A stretch of DNA of 64,000 bases, taken from contig JAYTOU010000007.1 in NCBI GenBank assembly GCA_043747615.1, forward strand, positions 35,606 through 99,605. Reading direction: 5' to 3'. The position numbers and the translations under genes are program-made. Origin of the DNA: Myxococcales bacterium (GTDB lineage Bacteria > Myxococcota_A > Polyangia > Polyangiales > Polyangiaceae). The notes below the pieces were generated by a model. That model ran no database searches and was not told the DNA's origin. It was given only the letters and a program-made list of their open reading frames with translations. Numbering within the stretch: position 1 is the stretch's first letter; each line of letters opens with the position of its first letter. Below are positions 55,281-64,000 of this stretch, piece after piece.

Positions 55281-56218
55281 AATCGCCCCGTCAGCCCGAA
55301 GATTCCCCCGCTGACGCCCGTTTCGCTGATCACCGGCGTGAGGGTCGGGGCAAACGACGGAGACGCCTTGACGACTCTCTTTTGGGTGATGTGGACGTCC
55401 CCGACGTACGCGATGTTGGCCTGCGCGACCCCGATGAGCGCAGTCGCGACGAAGCCTGCGTAGAGCGTGAGGTTGGCGACGCGGTAGGTCTTGGAGCGCT
55501 CGAAGGCGGAGAGCCCTTGGGCCGTCGCGAAATTATTGGTCGCTGGTACGTAGTCGTCGACGGCCGCCTTGCGCGCTGCGTAGTAGAGTGGAAGGGTCAC
55601 CACGCCGCCCAGGACGAACGCTGACTCCGCGCCGAGGAAGATCCAACCGAGGGCTTTTTGTCCGTTTTGAAATTGGCCCGCGCCGAAGGGAACGAAGGCC
55701 ACGAAGCGGTAGTGGCGCTCGGTGATTTCTTCTTCGCTCGCCAACCGCTCGAGGAGCCTGAGGCGCTCGACCTGCCGCTGTTTTTCACCCTCTTCGCGGG
55801 CCTTTCGCTCCGCATCGCGGCGGGCGTTTTCTCGGGCTGCGGCATTCAAGCTGTCACGAATGCGGGTGCGCGTGTCGACGAACGCATCGAGCACTTCCGG
55901 AGGAAAGCTCAGAGGGTCCGGCTCGTAGTGCGCGTCGCGCAGAAGGAGCTTCTCGAAGAGCGCGCTCGCGTCTTGGGGACGGCCCTTGGCGATCATCACC
56001 GCGCCCCAGTACATCTGCGCTTGAGTGATGAGTACCGGATCGTGGAGGGTGCCAGTCTTCGCGTCGAGCATCGTTCGGAAACGCGCGTCGGCTTCGTCGT
56101 ATTGTCGCGCGAAGTAAACGTTGCGTCCCTTGTCGAGATCGCTCTGCTCGTCCGCACGCACGCACGGCGCGGTGGCAACGATCAGGAGAAACGCGGCAGC
56201 GAAGGTCGACGTCCTCAC
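55277..56218 (-). CDS. Exported TPR-like protein with C-terminal hydrophobic segments
   Basis: Signal peptide, TPR-like helices, coiled coil, PFGAGQFQNG motif and terminal GLTGRF. Confidence 0.65.
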   Translation of the reverse strand: MRTSTFAAAFLLIVATAPCVRADEQSDLDKGRNVYFARQYDEADARFRTMLDAKTGTLHDPVLITQAQMYWGAVMIAKGRPQDASALFEKLLLRDAHYEPDPLSFPPEVLDAFVDTRTRIRDSLNAAARENARRDAERKAREEGEKQRQVERLRLLERLASEEEITERHYRFVAFVPFGAGQFQNGQKALGWIFLGAESAFVLGGVVTLPLYYAARKAAVDDYVPATNNFATAQGLSAFERSKTYRVANLTLYAGFVATALIGVAQANIAYVGDVHITQKRVVKASPSFAPTLTPVISETGVSGGIFGLTGRF

Positions 56219-56262
56219 GGGGGGGCGGGCGATCCTATGCGGTGTGGGCTTTTACTGCGAGC

Positions 56263-56730
56263 ATGATGGAAGGGCTCATGTTCAGTAGGCTTCTCGACAT
56301 CCCGAATGGTCTGGCCGTCTGGCTCTTCACGAGAGGACAGAACGCCGACGCCGACTGGAAGGCCTACTGCGACGCGGTCCACGAGGCTCAGCGCGCGCTC
56401 GTGGGCCATCCTCATCTGTTTGCCCTCCAGATCATCGACCCCCACAGCAGCGACCCCTCGGCGAAATGGCGGCGCGAGATCGCCGACGCGACCGAGGGTG
56501 TGTCCTCTCGCGCGACGATCGCATTGGTGTCGCAGTCGCGCATGGTTCGCGGGGTGACCCTCGCGGTCTCGTGGCTTCGACCTCCGACGTACACTCTTCA
56601 CATCGTCGGCACCGAGGACGAAGCGTGCGAGCTCGCGCAGCGTGACTGTCCCGGCCGCGCGGTGGCCGCCCGCCTCCTCATCCGCCGCCTCCGCCAGGAA
56701 CAAGGTCAGCCCCCGACAGCCGCCGGGTGA
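56263..56730 (+). CDS. Hypothetical protein (possibly STAS/SEC14-like)
   Basis: PSAKWRREIA...IALVSQSRMVRGVTLAVSWL segment; fills the gap between two minus-strand genes; start uncertain. Confidence 0.55.
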   Translation: MMEGLMFSRLLDIPNGLAVWLFTRGQNADADWKAYCDAVHEAQRALVGHPHLFALQIIDPHSSDPSAKWRREIADATEGVSSRATIALVSQSRMVRGVTLAVSWLRPPTYTLHIVGTEDEACELAQRDCPGRAVAARLLIRRLRQEQGQPPTAAG

Positions 56731-56752
56731 CGCGCGAAAGAAGACGGCTCGA

Positions 56753-58606
56753 CTAAGGCGCCGGCTCCGACGTGAACGCCACGTGGGCCGATTGCCCGGC
56801 GATCAAGGTGACCGACTCCACGTGATTCGAAGGGAACTCCCGGACGTGGACCGCGGCGCGTCCATCGCGCATGGGCACTTGCGCGGGAACACCGTTTCGC
56901 AGAATCACGGTCGGCTCTTCGGTAATGCTGTACGTGGACTTCGGGTCGCCATCGACGGTGAGCGCGGCCGCCTTGATGGTGAGCACGATGGCGATCGTCT
57001 CGTCGTGATCGCTCGCTTCGATCAGTCGCTGGGAAGGCTCGCACGCATCCCTCGCGCAGCTGAATCCGAGGGTGTGCGCGCGACCATCCAACGTAATTTT
57101 CAGCCCCGGCGAGGCAGTCACCGCTGGGTCCCCGTCCACCGCGATGAGCACGCCGTAGGGCGGACGCATGCTGCTCACCACAATCGAGCGCTCGATCGGT
57201 TTCGGCGGCGGGGCGGTGACGCGCTGGATAGGCGCGTATGTAACGACCGGGGCGGGCTTGATCGTGGCGACGCTCACCACGGCGGACGGGACGGGAGCGA
57301 TCACGCTGGCCACCGCCGGCGTCTCTTTCACCACCACTGGGACGCGCGCCGCCAAGCTGTGGCGGATCGCTCCGGTGATGAAGTACGCGCTCACCGCTAG
57401 CACACCCATCACGACGACCATCGGCCCTACCCGCTTCAAGAACGCGAGACGCGCCTCGGTGCGATGCATGCCGGATACGATCTTGAGGAGCGCTTGGTCG
57501 TGAGGCGCGTACGCGAGCGCTCGGTTGTAGTCCGCCGCGGCGCCAAGGGCATTGCCCGTTCGCCGGGATTTCGCGGCCAAGTCGCAGAGGCGCACGATGA
57601 GCTTCTTGTCATGACATGACGTAAATCCTAGGGGATCGTCGCCCCATGCTTCGAGCTCGGCGCGGGCCGACGGGATCCCGAGGCGCTTCATTTCCTCGGA
57701 GATCGCGTCACGCATCTCGGTGGCATCGCGGTAGCGATTTTCTGCGTCGTGGGCGAGCGCACGATCGAGGATCGCGCTCCACGTCTTTCCGATGACGGGA
57801 CGCTCTCGCTCGGCGCTCGGATAAAATCCTTCGAGCACGCGGCGGAGCACCTGCGCGGGGTTCGACCCTTCGAAGGGAAGATGCCCGACCATGCACTCGT
57901 AGAGCAGCACTCCGAGCGCGAACACATCGGCGCGGGCATCGACGTCGGCGCCTTCGATCTGCTCGGGCGCCATATGCGCGGGGCTACCCAACACTTGACC
58001 GGTCGACGTCACCCCTTGGGCGTCGAGGAGCTTGGCGATTCCGAAGTCGGTCAGCTTCACCTTCACCCGCTCTCCGAGCGGATCGGCGCTGACCGGTCGC
58101 GGAGTCTTTCCTTCTTCGTTCTCCGAATGGGGGGCGTGGGGCTCTATCTGCTCGACGATCACGTTCTCGGGCTTGATATCGCGATGAATCACGCCTGCGG
58201 TATGCGCGTGGGCGAGCGCCCCGAGGAGCTCTATGCCGAGAGCCGCTGCGACCTCCGGCGGGAGCGCTCCGTTCTCTCGGATGATTCGCCGCAGCGTTTT
58301 GCCGCGAAGAAGCTCCACCACGAGGTACTGCTCCGGCTCATCGGGAGCCGACACGTCGTAGACCTCGACGATGTTCGGGTGCCGAAGCTTGGCTACGGCC
58401 TGGGCCTCTACCGAGAACCGATGCGCAATTTCAGGCGAATCGCGAAGGTGTGGGTGGATGACCTTGATCGCGACGTCGCGCCCCAGCCTCGCGTCGTGGG
58501 CGCGATAGACCGTAGCCATCCCTCCGTGCCCGAGCTCCTCGAGGACGTCGTACTTCGCGACCGTGGGATGCCGCCCTCGATGCGCCGGAGACCCCGTCGC
58601 AGCCAT
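56753..58606 (-). CDS. Membrane-anchored Ser/Thr protein kinase
   Basis: LGHGGMATVY, VAIK, HRDIKPEN, DFG and APE; TM segment and extracytoplasmic C-terminus. Confidence 0.95.
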   Translation of the reverse strand: MAATGSPAHRGRHPTVAKYDVLEELGHGGMATVYRAHDARLGRDVAIKVIHPHLRDSPEIAHRFSVEAQAVAKLRHPNIVEVYDVSAPDEPEQYLVVELLRGKTLRRIIRENGALPPEVAAALGIELLGALAHAHTAGVIHRDIKPENVIVEQIEPHAPHSENEEGKTPRPVSADPLGERVKVKLTDFGIAKLLDAQGVTSTGQVLGSPAHMAPEQIEGADVDARADVFALGVLLYECMVGHLPFEGSNPAQVLRRVLEGFYPSAERERPVIGKTWSAILDRALAHDAENRYRDATEMRDAISEEMKRLGIPSARAELEAWGDDPLGFTSCHDKKLIVRLCDLAAKSRRTGNALGAAADYNRALAYAPHDQALLKIVSGMHRTEARLAFLKRVGPMVVVMGVLAVSAYFITGAIRHSLAARVPVVVKETPAVASVIAPVPSAVVSVATIKPAPVVTYAPIQRVTAPPPKPIERSIVVSSMRPPYGVLIAVDGDPAVTASPGLKITLDGRAHTLGFSCARDACEPSQRLIEASDHDETIAIVLTIKAAALTVDGDPKSTYSITEEPTVILRNGVPAQVPMRDGRAAVHVREFPSNHVESVTLIAGQSAHVAFTSEPAP

Positions 58607-58619
58607 CGGGGGGAGTATA

Positions 58620-60077
58620 TCACCCTTTCAGGCCAAGTCGTTTCAAGCGACTTCGTAGCGTACTTTCGCTCAGCCCAAGCGAGCGGGCCGCTCTGGACTG
58701 GTTGCCCCCGGCGCGGGCAAGGATCTGCACGAGAACCTCGCGCTCGATATCGTCGAACGTGGTGCCGCCCTCGGGAACGTTGAGAACGATGGGCGTCCCG
58801 CTCTGCTCGGCGGCGGAATGACCGAGGCCCACGGAGGACGATGGCGCCGGGGGGGGCAGGCTGCCGCCGGGGGGGAGTCCGAGCTCGGCGACGTCGACCT
58901 CTTTGCCCGCGTGGTAAATCGCGACGCGCTCCATCACGTTGGACAGCTCGCGCACGTTTCCCGGCCAGGCGTGACGTTCGAGCTTGGCCCAGGCACGGTC
59001 GGTCAAACGCGGCAGAGCACGGCCCATCTTTCGGGAGTGGGCCTCGAGCATCGGCGCGCCCAGACCACGCACGTCTTCTGGTCTGTCGCGAAGCGGCGGA
59101 ATCTGAATCGGAGCGACGGCCAGGCGGTAGTACAAATCCATGCGAAACGAGCCATTTTTGGCGTCGGCGAGGAGATCGCGGTTGGTCGCGGCGATGATGC
59201 GGCAATCGGTCTGCCGGGGCTCGCTCCCGCCCACGGGCCAGATCTCCCGCGACTCGAGAGCGCGCAGAAGCATCGCCTGGAGCGGAAGAGGTGCTTCGCC
59301 AATCTCATCTAGAAAAAGCGTGCCTCCGTCAGCGAGCTCGAACAGACCGCGCCGCGCGTTCTGTGCGCCCGTGAAAGCCCCTCGCACATGCCCAAACAGC
59401 TCGCTGGTCATGAGATCGGGGGGAAGAGCGGCGAGGTTCTGGGCTACGAAACGCCCGCGTTTGCGCCCACTCCGCTCGTGAATGGCCGCGGCCACCAGTT
59501 CCTTGCCGACGCCCGTCTCGCCGTGAAGGAGCACGCTCGCGTCCGTGCCTGCGACGGCCACCACTTGATCGAGGACCCTAGCCATCGCCGGCGAGATCAC
59601 TTGGAGGCGCGCCCGCGGCGCGGCCCGGGTGACGGACTCTAGATCGTCCTTCAGCCCAGCATTGGCCTTCGAGAGCTCCTGCACCAAACGCCTGTTTTCC
59701 AGCTCCAAACGGCGCTGCTCGGCCGCGCGCTGCATCACGAGCTTGAGCTGCTCGGCATCCCACGGCTTCTGCATGTACGCGAAGACGTGGCCGAGGTTCA
59801 CGGCGTCCGCGAGGTCGTCGTGATCGCTGAAGCCCGTGAGCAAGATGCGCTGCGTGTCGCGGTGCTCGGCGTACGCGCGTGCAAGAAGCTGCGAGCCCTT
59901 CATCGGGTCCATGCGCATGTCGCTTACGAGGACGTCGAACGTTTGCGCGGCCATCGCCTCGAGCGCTGCGGCACCGCTCGAAACGCAGGTCACGTCGAAG
60001 TCGCCGGCGAAGATGGCCTCGAACACCTCGCGTACGTCGTCTTCGTCTTCAGCATAGAGGACGCGGGTGGCGGCCAT
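58620..60077 (-). CDS. Sigma54-dependent response regulator
   Basis: Receiver (AEDE, SDMRM, LTG, KPW); GETGVGKE, GAFTGA, WPGNVREL; HTH. Confidence 0.95.
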   Translation of the reverse strand: MAATRVLYAEDEDDVREVFEAIFAGDFDVTCVSSGAAALEAMAAQTFDVLVSDMRMDPMKGSQLLARAYAEHRDTQRILLTGFSDHDDLADAVNLGHVFAYMQKPWDAEQLKLVMQRAAEQRRLELENRRLVQELSKANAGLKDDLESVTRAAPRARLQVISPAMARVLDQVVAVAGTDASVLLHGETGVGKELVAAAIHERSGRKRGRFVAQNLAALPPDLMTSELFGHVRGAFTGAQNARRGLFELADGGTLFLDEIGEAPLPLQAMLLRALESREIWPVGGSEPRQTDCRIIAATNRDLLADAKNGSFRMDLYYRLAVAPIQIPPLRDRPEDVRGLGAPMLEAHSRKMGRALPRLTDRAWAKLERHAWPGNVRELSNVMERVAIYHAGKEVDVAELGLPPGGSLPPPAPSSSVGLGHSAAEQSGTPIVLNVPEGGTTFDDIEREVLVQILARAGGNQSRAARSLGLSESTLRSRLKRLGLKG

Positions 60078-60095
60078 GAGCGGACGAAGATACGC

Positions 60096-60839
60096 TCAGG
60101 ATCCCGCTTGTGTCAGGAGCTCTTCGTGGAACGAGCGAAACGCGCTTTCTTTTGGCCAGGACGGCGCGCCCGCGAGGAGCTCGGGGACTTCTTCTTTTTT
60201 TCCTTGATCGATGGCGACGACCGCCGACGCGTAGCGCATCGCCCAGTGGATGAGCGGCGACGACGACGCGGCTTGCTTGAGAGCGCGCGCGTCGGCGGCA
60301 TCGCTCGTGTGAGCAAAGGCCCGGGCAAAGGCCACGATCCCCCTGCGAAGACGGGCAATCCGCTTCTTCGCGAGCATGCCGCCTGCGGGCATCGGCATCG
60401 TGAGGAGGGTCGAGGCTTTTTGGAGCGCGCCCAGGCGGTCGCCCTCGAAGGTGTCGAGGAGCGTCTCTACGAAGAGGCGTTGCTCGAGGGCCGCCTCCCA
60501 CGCTGGCCCTTTGACGGCCCGCGACAGAGCGGTTCGGCCGGCGTCGATCCAGCCGTACGCAGCGTAGGCGGTCGCCACCATTAGCGGGGCCATGGTCTCG
60601 GGATACATGACGCGCTCGATCGAGCCCTGCCAGGTGCCGATCACGGTCTTTACGTCGCCGCTCATCAGAAGCCGCTTCATTCGTCGACGCGCAAGGAACG
60701 CCGGCACCGACGTCACCGCAGCAATGAGCAGGAACGGCACGAGGTACCGCGGCTCGCACCAGGCCATGCGCGCTGCGATCACCGCGCAAAAGGCGCTGAT
60801 CAGCACGGGTAGAAGTGGAAATGTTCGCGACCGAGTCAT
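60096..60839 (-). CDS. Hypothetical membrane protein
   Basis: Two N-terminal TM segments followed by a helical domain; start uncertain. Confidence 0.65.
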   Translation of the reverse strand: MTRSRTFPLLPVLISAFCAVIAARMAWCEPRYLVPFLLIAAVTSVPAFLARRRMKRLLMSGDVKTVIGTWQGSIERVMYPETMAPLMVATAYAAYGWIDAGRTALSRAVKGPAWEAALEQRLFVETLLDTFEGDRLGALQKASTLLTMPMPAGGMLAKKRIARLRRGIVAFARAFAHTSDAADARALKQAASSSPLIHWAMRYASAVVAIDQGKKEEVPELLAGAPSWPKESAFRSFHEELLTQAGS

Positions 60840-60933
60840 GCGTACAACCCTAAACCTAGGCACGAATCCAAAAGCGGCAACTTCCAGTTAAACGCACGAG
60901 GTGCCGGAAAGGACCGACAACCCTCTCCTCGTG

Positions 60934-62250
60934 TCAGTTCTTGTTGTCGCCGATGCCGTGGCGGCGGAGGTAGCCGCGGACGTGAGCGCGTTCCATGGCG
61001 GCCCGGCGGCCGATCTCGCTGACGTTACCGCTGCACTCGGCGTAAAGAGCGGTGAAATAATCCCGCTCGAAACGCGCCAGGATGTCGCGCTTGGCGTCCT
61101 GGAAGGTACGGCCACGGGTGGGCGTGGCTTCGGCGGCGGTGCTGGTCAATGGCGCCAGGTGTTGGGCGATGTCGAGCGGGCCTTCTTTTCCGAAGGCTAG
61201 GGCCACGGCGACGACGTTGCGAAGCTCGCGGACGTTGCCCGGCCAGTCGTGGCGCATCAGGCGCTCGAGCGAATCGTTCATGATGCGCGCGTACGCGCCC
61301 TTGTCGCCGAGATCGTCGAGCATCCGCTTTACGAGCGCGGGGATGTCTTCGAGGCGATGACGCAGCGCCGGGAGCTCGACTTTGATCTGAGCGACGCGGA
61401 AGTATAAGTCGCTTCGGAAGTTTCCGTCGTTTACTTCGCGGACGAGATCGCGGCGCGTAGCGGCGATGACCCGCACGTTCACGGGTCGGTAGCTATTGGA
61501 GCCGACGCTCTTGATGCGTTGCTCGGCGAGCGCGCGAAGGAGCTTGGGCTGTACGTCGACCGGAAGCTCTCCGAGCTCGTCGAGGAAGATGGTGCCGCCG
61601 TCCGCTTCGGCGAAGGGCGAAACGCGCTTGTCGACGGCGCCGGTGAAGCTCCCGCGCTCGTGGCCGAAGAGGGCGCTCTCGGCGAGGGACGCGGGAATGG
61701 AGCCGCAGTCGACGACGACGAACGGCTTGTTCGCGCGCGTGCTCGCCTGATGAATGGCCTGGGCGACCAGCTCTTTGCCGGTGCCTGTTTCGCCGCCGAT
61801 GAGGATGGTGAGCTCGGTGGGCGCAGCTTTGCGGAGGCGCTCGAAGACCGTGCGCATTGCCGCGCCGGTGCCGACGAGCGGCCCAAACTCGGCGATGTCG
61901 GGGACGTCGACCTGCTCGGGGCTGGCCGGAGAAAAATCGATGACCGAGTCGCCGCAATGAATGATGGTCGGCTTGAGTAGGTAGACCTCACCGATGCGGG
62001 TTTCGCCCACGAACGTGCCGTTGCGCGAGCCGAGATCGCGAACGCGAACGCCGCGCTCGGTGGCGACGAGCTCCATGTGGACCGCGCTCACCTTCTTGTC
62101 GTCGAGGACGAGGTCGCACGCCTCGTTTCGGCCAACGACCAAGGTATCGGCGCCGATTTCCAGCTCTGCTTTATTGCCTTTTCCCTTGGTGACCGTGAGC
62201 TTGCCGCCGCGAACCTCGAATTTACCCTTCGCGACGATGGTCGAATCCAC
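60934..62250 (-). CDS. FHA-domain sigma54-dependent transcriptional activator
   Basis: FHA motifs VVGR, VSAVH and DLGSRNGT; GETGTGKE, GSFTGA and WPGNVREL. Confidence 0.95.
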   Translation of the reverse strand: MDSTIVAKGKFEVRGGKLTVTKGKGNKAELEIGADTLVVGRNEACDLVLDDKKVSAVHMELVATERGVRVRDLGSRNGTFVGETRIGEVYLLKPTIIHCGDSVIDFSPASPEQVDVPDIAEFGPLVGTGAAMRTVFERLRKAAPTELTILIGGETGTGKELVAQAIHQASTRANKPFVVVDCGSIPASLAESALFGHERGSFTGAVDKRVSPFAEADGGTIFLDELGELPVDVQPKLLRALAEQRIKSVGSNSYRPVNVRVIAATRRDLVREVNDGNFRSDLYFRVAQIKVELPALRHRLEDIPALVKRMLDDLGDKGAYARIMNDSLERLMRHDWPGNVRELRNVVAVALAFGKEGPLDIAQHLAPLTSTAAEATPTRGRTFQDAKRDILARFERDYFTALYAECSGNVSEIGRRAAMERAHVRGYLRRHGIGDNKN

Positions 62251-62296
62251 GCGCCAGTTTTAGCACGACCATCCGCGATTCCGGCAAGCTCATTCC

Positions 62297-63328
62297 TCAG
62301 CGGCGCGTGAAGGGCGAGCTGCCCACGCTCGACGCCGTCTCGCTAAAAGTGCCCTGGGTCGGTTCGTCCTCGACGACACCCTCGCCTCGGAGTGACATGG
62401 AGCTTGGCGCATTCTTCGGCGCGTTACCCATCGCCCCGCACACGTTTCGCCAGTTCTCGAGCGCTTCGGATGCACTGGCGAAGCGGCGGTCACGCTCGCG
62501 CGACATCATTTTCTCCAGGAAACGCTCGATCGGCCTCGGCCACTCGTCACCGGTCGTCGCGGTGAGAGACGGGGGCTCGCGATCGAGCTTGAGGGCGATG
62601 AGGGTGAGCGCGTTGGTCCCTTCGAAGGGGAGACGGCCCGTCAGCGCGCGAAATGCGACCGCCCCGAGCGCGTAGAGATCCGCACGCTCGTCGACGCGGG
62701 CCGAGCCCCGCACCTGTTCGGGCGCCATGTACGCAAAGCTTCCGAGCGTGGCGTCGAACGCGGTGAGCGAGGGCTCGCTCTTCCGATGGGGCCCGCGCAT
62801 CTTGGAGATCCCGAAATCGAGGATGCGTGTCCGCTCTTCGAGCTCCTCGTCTCGAAGCTCTTTTGCCGTGAGCTTTCGCTTCTCGACGAAGAGGTTCGCC
62901 GGCTTGATGTCGCGGTGAATGACCCCGGCGCGGTGAGCCGCGTTCAGCCCTTGAAGAGAATCGTCGATGATGGGCGCGACGTCCGAGAAGGAGAGGTACT
63001 GCTCGCGGCGGAGGCGCTCGTCGAGTCCTTCACCCGTGAGGCGCTCGAAGGCGATCCACAGCCGGCCAGTGCGGTCTTTTCCGGCGCCGAGAATGCGGGC
63101 GGCGTAGGGCGACTTCACCTGCGCCGCGATGGAGGCTTCGCGCTGGAAGCGGGCGACGAGATCCGGGTCCCTCGCGGCGCGATCATGGAGGACCTTGAGA
63201 GCGACTTGTTCCCCGCCCTTTCCGTCCGCCGCATACACCTCGCCCATGCCGCCCTGACCGATCAGGCGGCGAACTTTGTAGTGGCCCCCAACCACCGTGC
63301 CTATGAGTGAGCCGGGATCTGCGGCCAT
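62297..63328 (-). CDS. Cytoplasmic Ser/Thr protein kinase
   Basis: IGQGGMGEVY, VALK, HRDIKPAN, DFG and APE; no TM segment. Confidence 0.95.
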   Translation of the reverse strand: MAADPGSLIGTVVGGHYKVRRLIGQGGMGEVYAADGKGGEQVALKVLHDRAARDPDLVARFQREASIAAQVKSPYAARILGAGKDRTGRLWIAFERLTGEGLDERLRREQYLSFSDVAPIIDDSLQGLNAAHRAGVIHRDIKPANLFVEKRKLTAKELRDEELEERTRILDFGISKMRGPHRKSEPSLTAFDATLGSFAYMAPEQVRGSARVDERADLYALGAVAFRALTGRLPFEGTNALTLIALKLDREPPSLTATTGDEWPRPIERFLEKMMSRERDRRFASASEALENWRNVCGAMGNAPKNAPSSMSLRGEGVVEDEPTQGTFSETASSVGSSPFTRR

Positions 63329-63386
63329 TAGGCCTTGAATCTAGCAGCTTTTGACGTTCTAGGGGCGGGTGATTACGCTCCGCCCG

Positions 63387-63815
63387 ATGCGAACCATGAA
63401 GGACGTCGAGGCTTACCTCGGCAGACTCAATCGCCCCATCGAGGCGGTCGACGGCGTGCAGGGCACTTTTCTCATCCGTTCGTCGAACTCGATGCCCCCC
63501 ATCGCGCTCCGCGTCGACCCCCCGCTCGTCATCCTGCGGGTGCACATCGGCGATTCGCCGGGCGCAGACAACGCAGCCCTCTTTCGCAAGCTCCTCCAGT
63601 TGAACGCGAAGGCGCTGGTTCATTCGAGCTATGGGCTGGAGGACGATCGCATCGTCCTTGGCAGCGCCCTCGAGCTCGAGAACCTCGACTTCAATGAGCT
63701 CGAAGCGGCCCTCGACGAGATGGACGTGGCCCTCGCCCAGCAAGTGCCCGGCCTCGCGGAGCTCTCGAAACAGTCAGGCGGTTCAACCAGCGGCGCCAGC
63801 AGCTCCAGGAAGTAA
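63387..63815 (+). CDS. CesT/YbjN-like (T3SS chaperone fold) protein preceding pspA
   Basis: Small acidic protein; LFRKLLQLNA...YGL and LENLDFNELEAALD. Confidence 0.7.
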   Translation: MRTMKDVEAYLGRLNRPIEAVDGVQGTFLIRSSNSMPPIALRVDPPLVILRVHIGDSPGADNAALFRKLLQLNAKALVHSSYGLEDDRIVLGSALELENLDFNELEAALDEMDVALAQQVPGLAELSKQSGGSTSGASSSRK

Positions 63816-63824
63816 GGGATCCAA

Positions 63825-64000
63825 ATGGGAATCTTCAGCCGCCTCGCACAGCTCATCAAATCGAACTTGAACGACATGATCAGCAGCTCGGAAGATCCCG
63901 AGAAGATGCTGAACCAGGTCGTCCTGGACATGAACACCCAGCTCGTCGAAGCGAAGAAGCAGGTCGCCGCTTCGATCGCGGACGAGAAGCGGCTCGCCAA
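63825..64000 (+). CDS. pspA: PspA/IM30 family protein, truncated by the window edge
   Basis: Own translation MGIFSRLAQLIKSNLNDMISSSEDPEKMLNQVVLDMNTQLVEAKKQVAASIADEKRLA. Confidence 0.92.
   Translation, partial: MGIFSRLAQLIKSNLNDMISSSEDPEKMLNQVVLDMNTQLVEAKKQVAASIADEKRLA

Noticed and set aside
63387..63815. CesT-like protein as part of the T3SS translocon system
   Set aside because: It lies 42 kb away and is coupled to pspA, a context in which this fold occurs without a T3SS
1..64000. tRNA, rRNA, CRISPR arrays, IS elements and prophage genes
   Set aside because: None recognised; intergenic gaps are short and no regularly spaced repeats were seen by eye

Overview
A GC-rich, gene-dense bacterial chromosome segment. 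Gene content points to a myxobacterium (Myxococcota, probably Polyangiales-like): Ser/Thr kinases, an FHA-sigma54 activator, many lipoproteins, a TonB-fused receptor and an S41 protease. About 59 CDSs are supportable. Housekeeping blocks are HU/IHF-tyrS-carD, pdxJ-acpS-nnr, a futalosine menaquinone operon, serA and rimP-nusA-ylxR/L7Ae-infB-rbfA. A signalling-rich block ending in a CesT/YbjN-like gene and pspA closes the window. I saw no tRNA, rRNA, CRISPR array, transposase or integrase. The most striking feature is a stand-alone five-gene cassette at 18467-21386 between carD and a PduO-type adenosyltransferase. It encodes a small coiled-coil protein, a tip/filament-like protein, an SycD/LcrH-like TPR chaperone and two hydrophobic translocator-like proteins, in the order of lcrGVH-yopBD, with no injectisome genes in the window. 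Other observations: a four-gene envelope operon built around a glutathionylspermidine-synthase-like ligase and a GH18 lacking its catalytic Glu; an MqnA-MqnC fusion; a mini MqnE/C paralog lacking the radical-SAM core; a sigma54 promoter before an ECF sigma gene; a terminator in the rimP leader; and recurrent -10 boxes directly before start codons. All family assignments come from motif recognition by eye, not from database searches.
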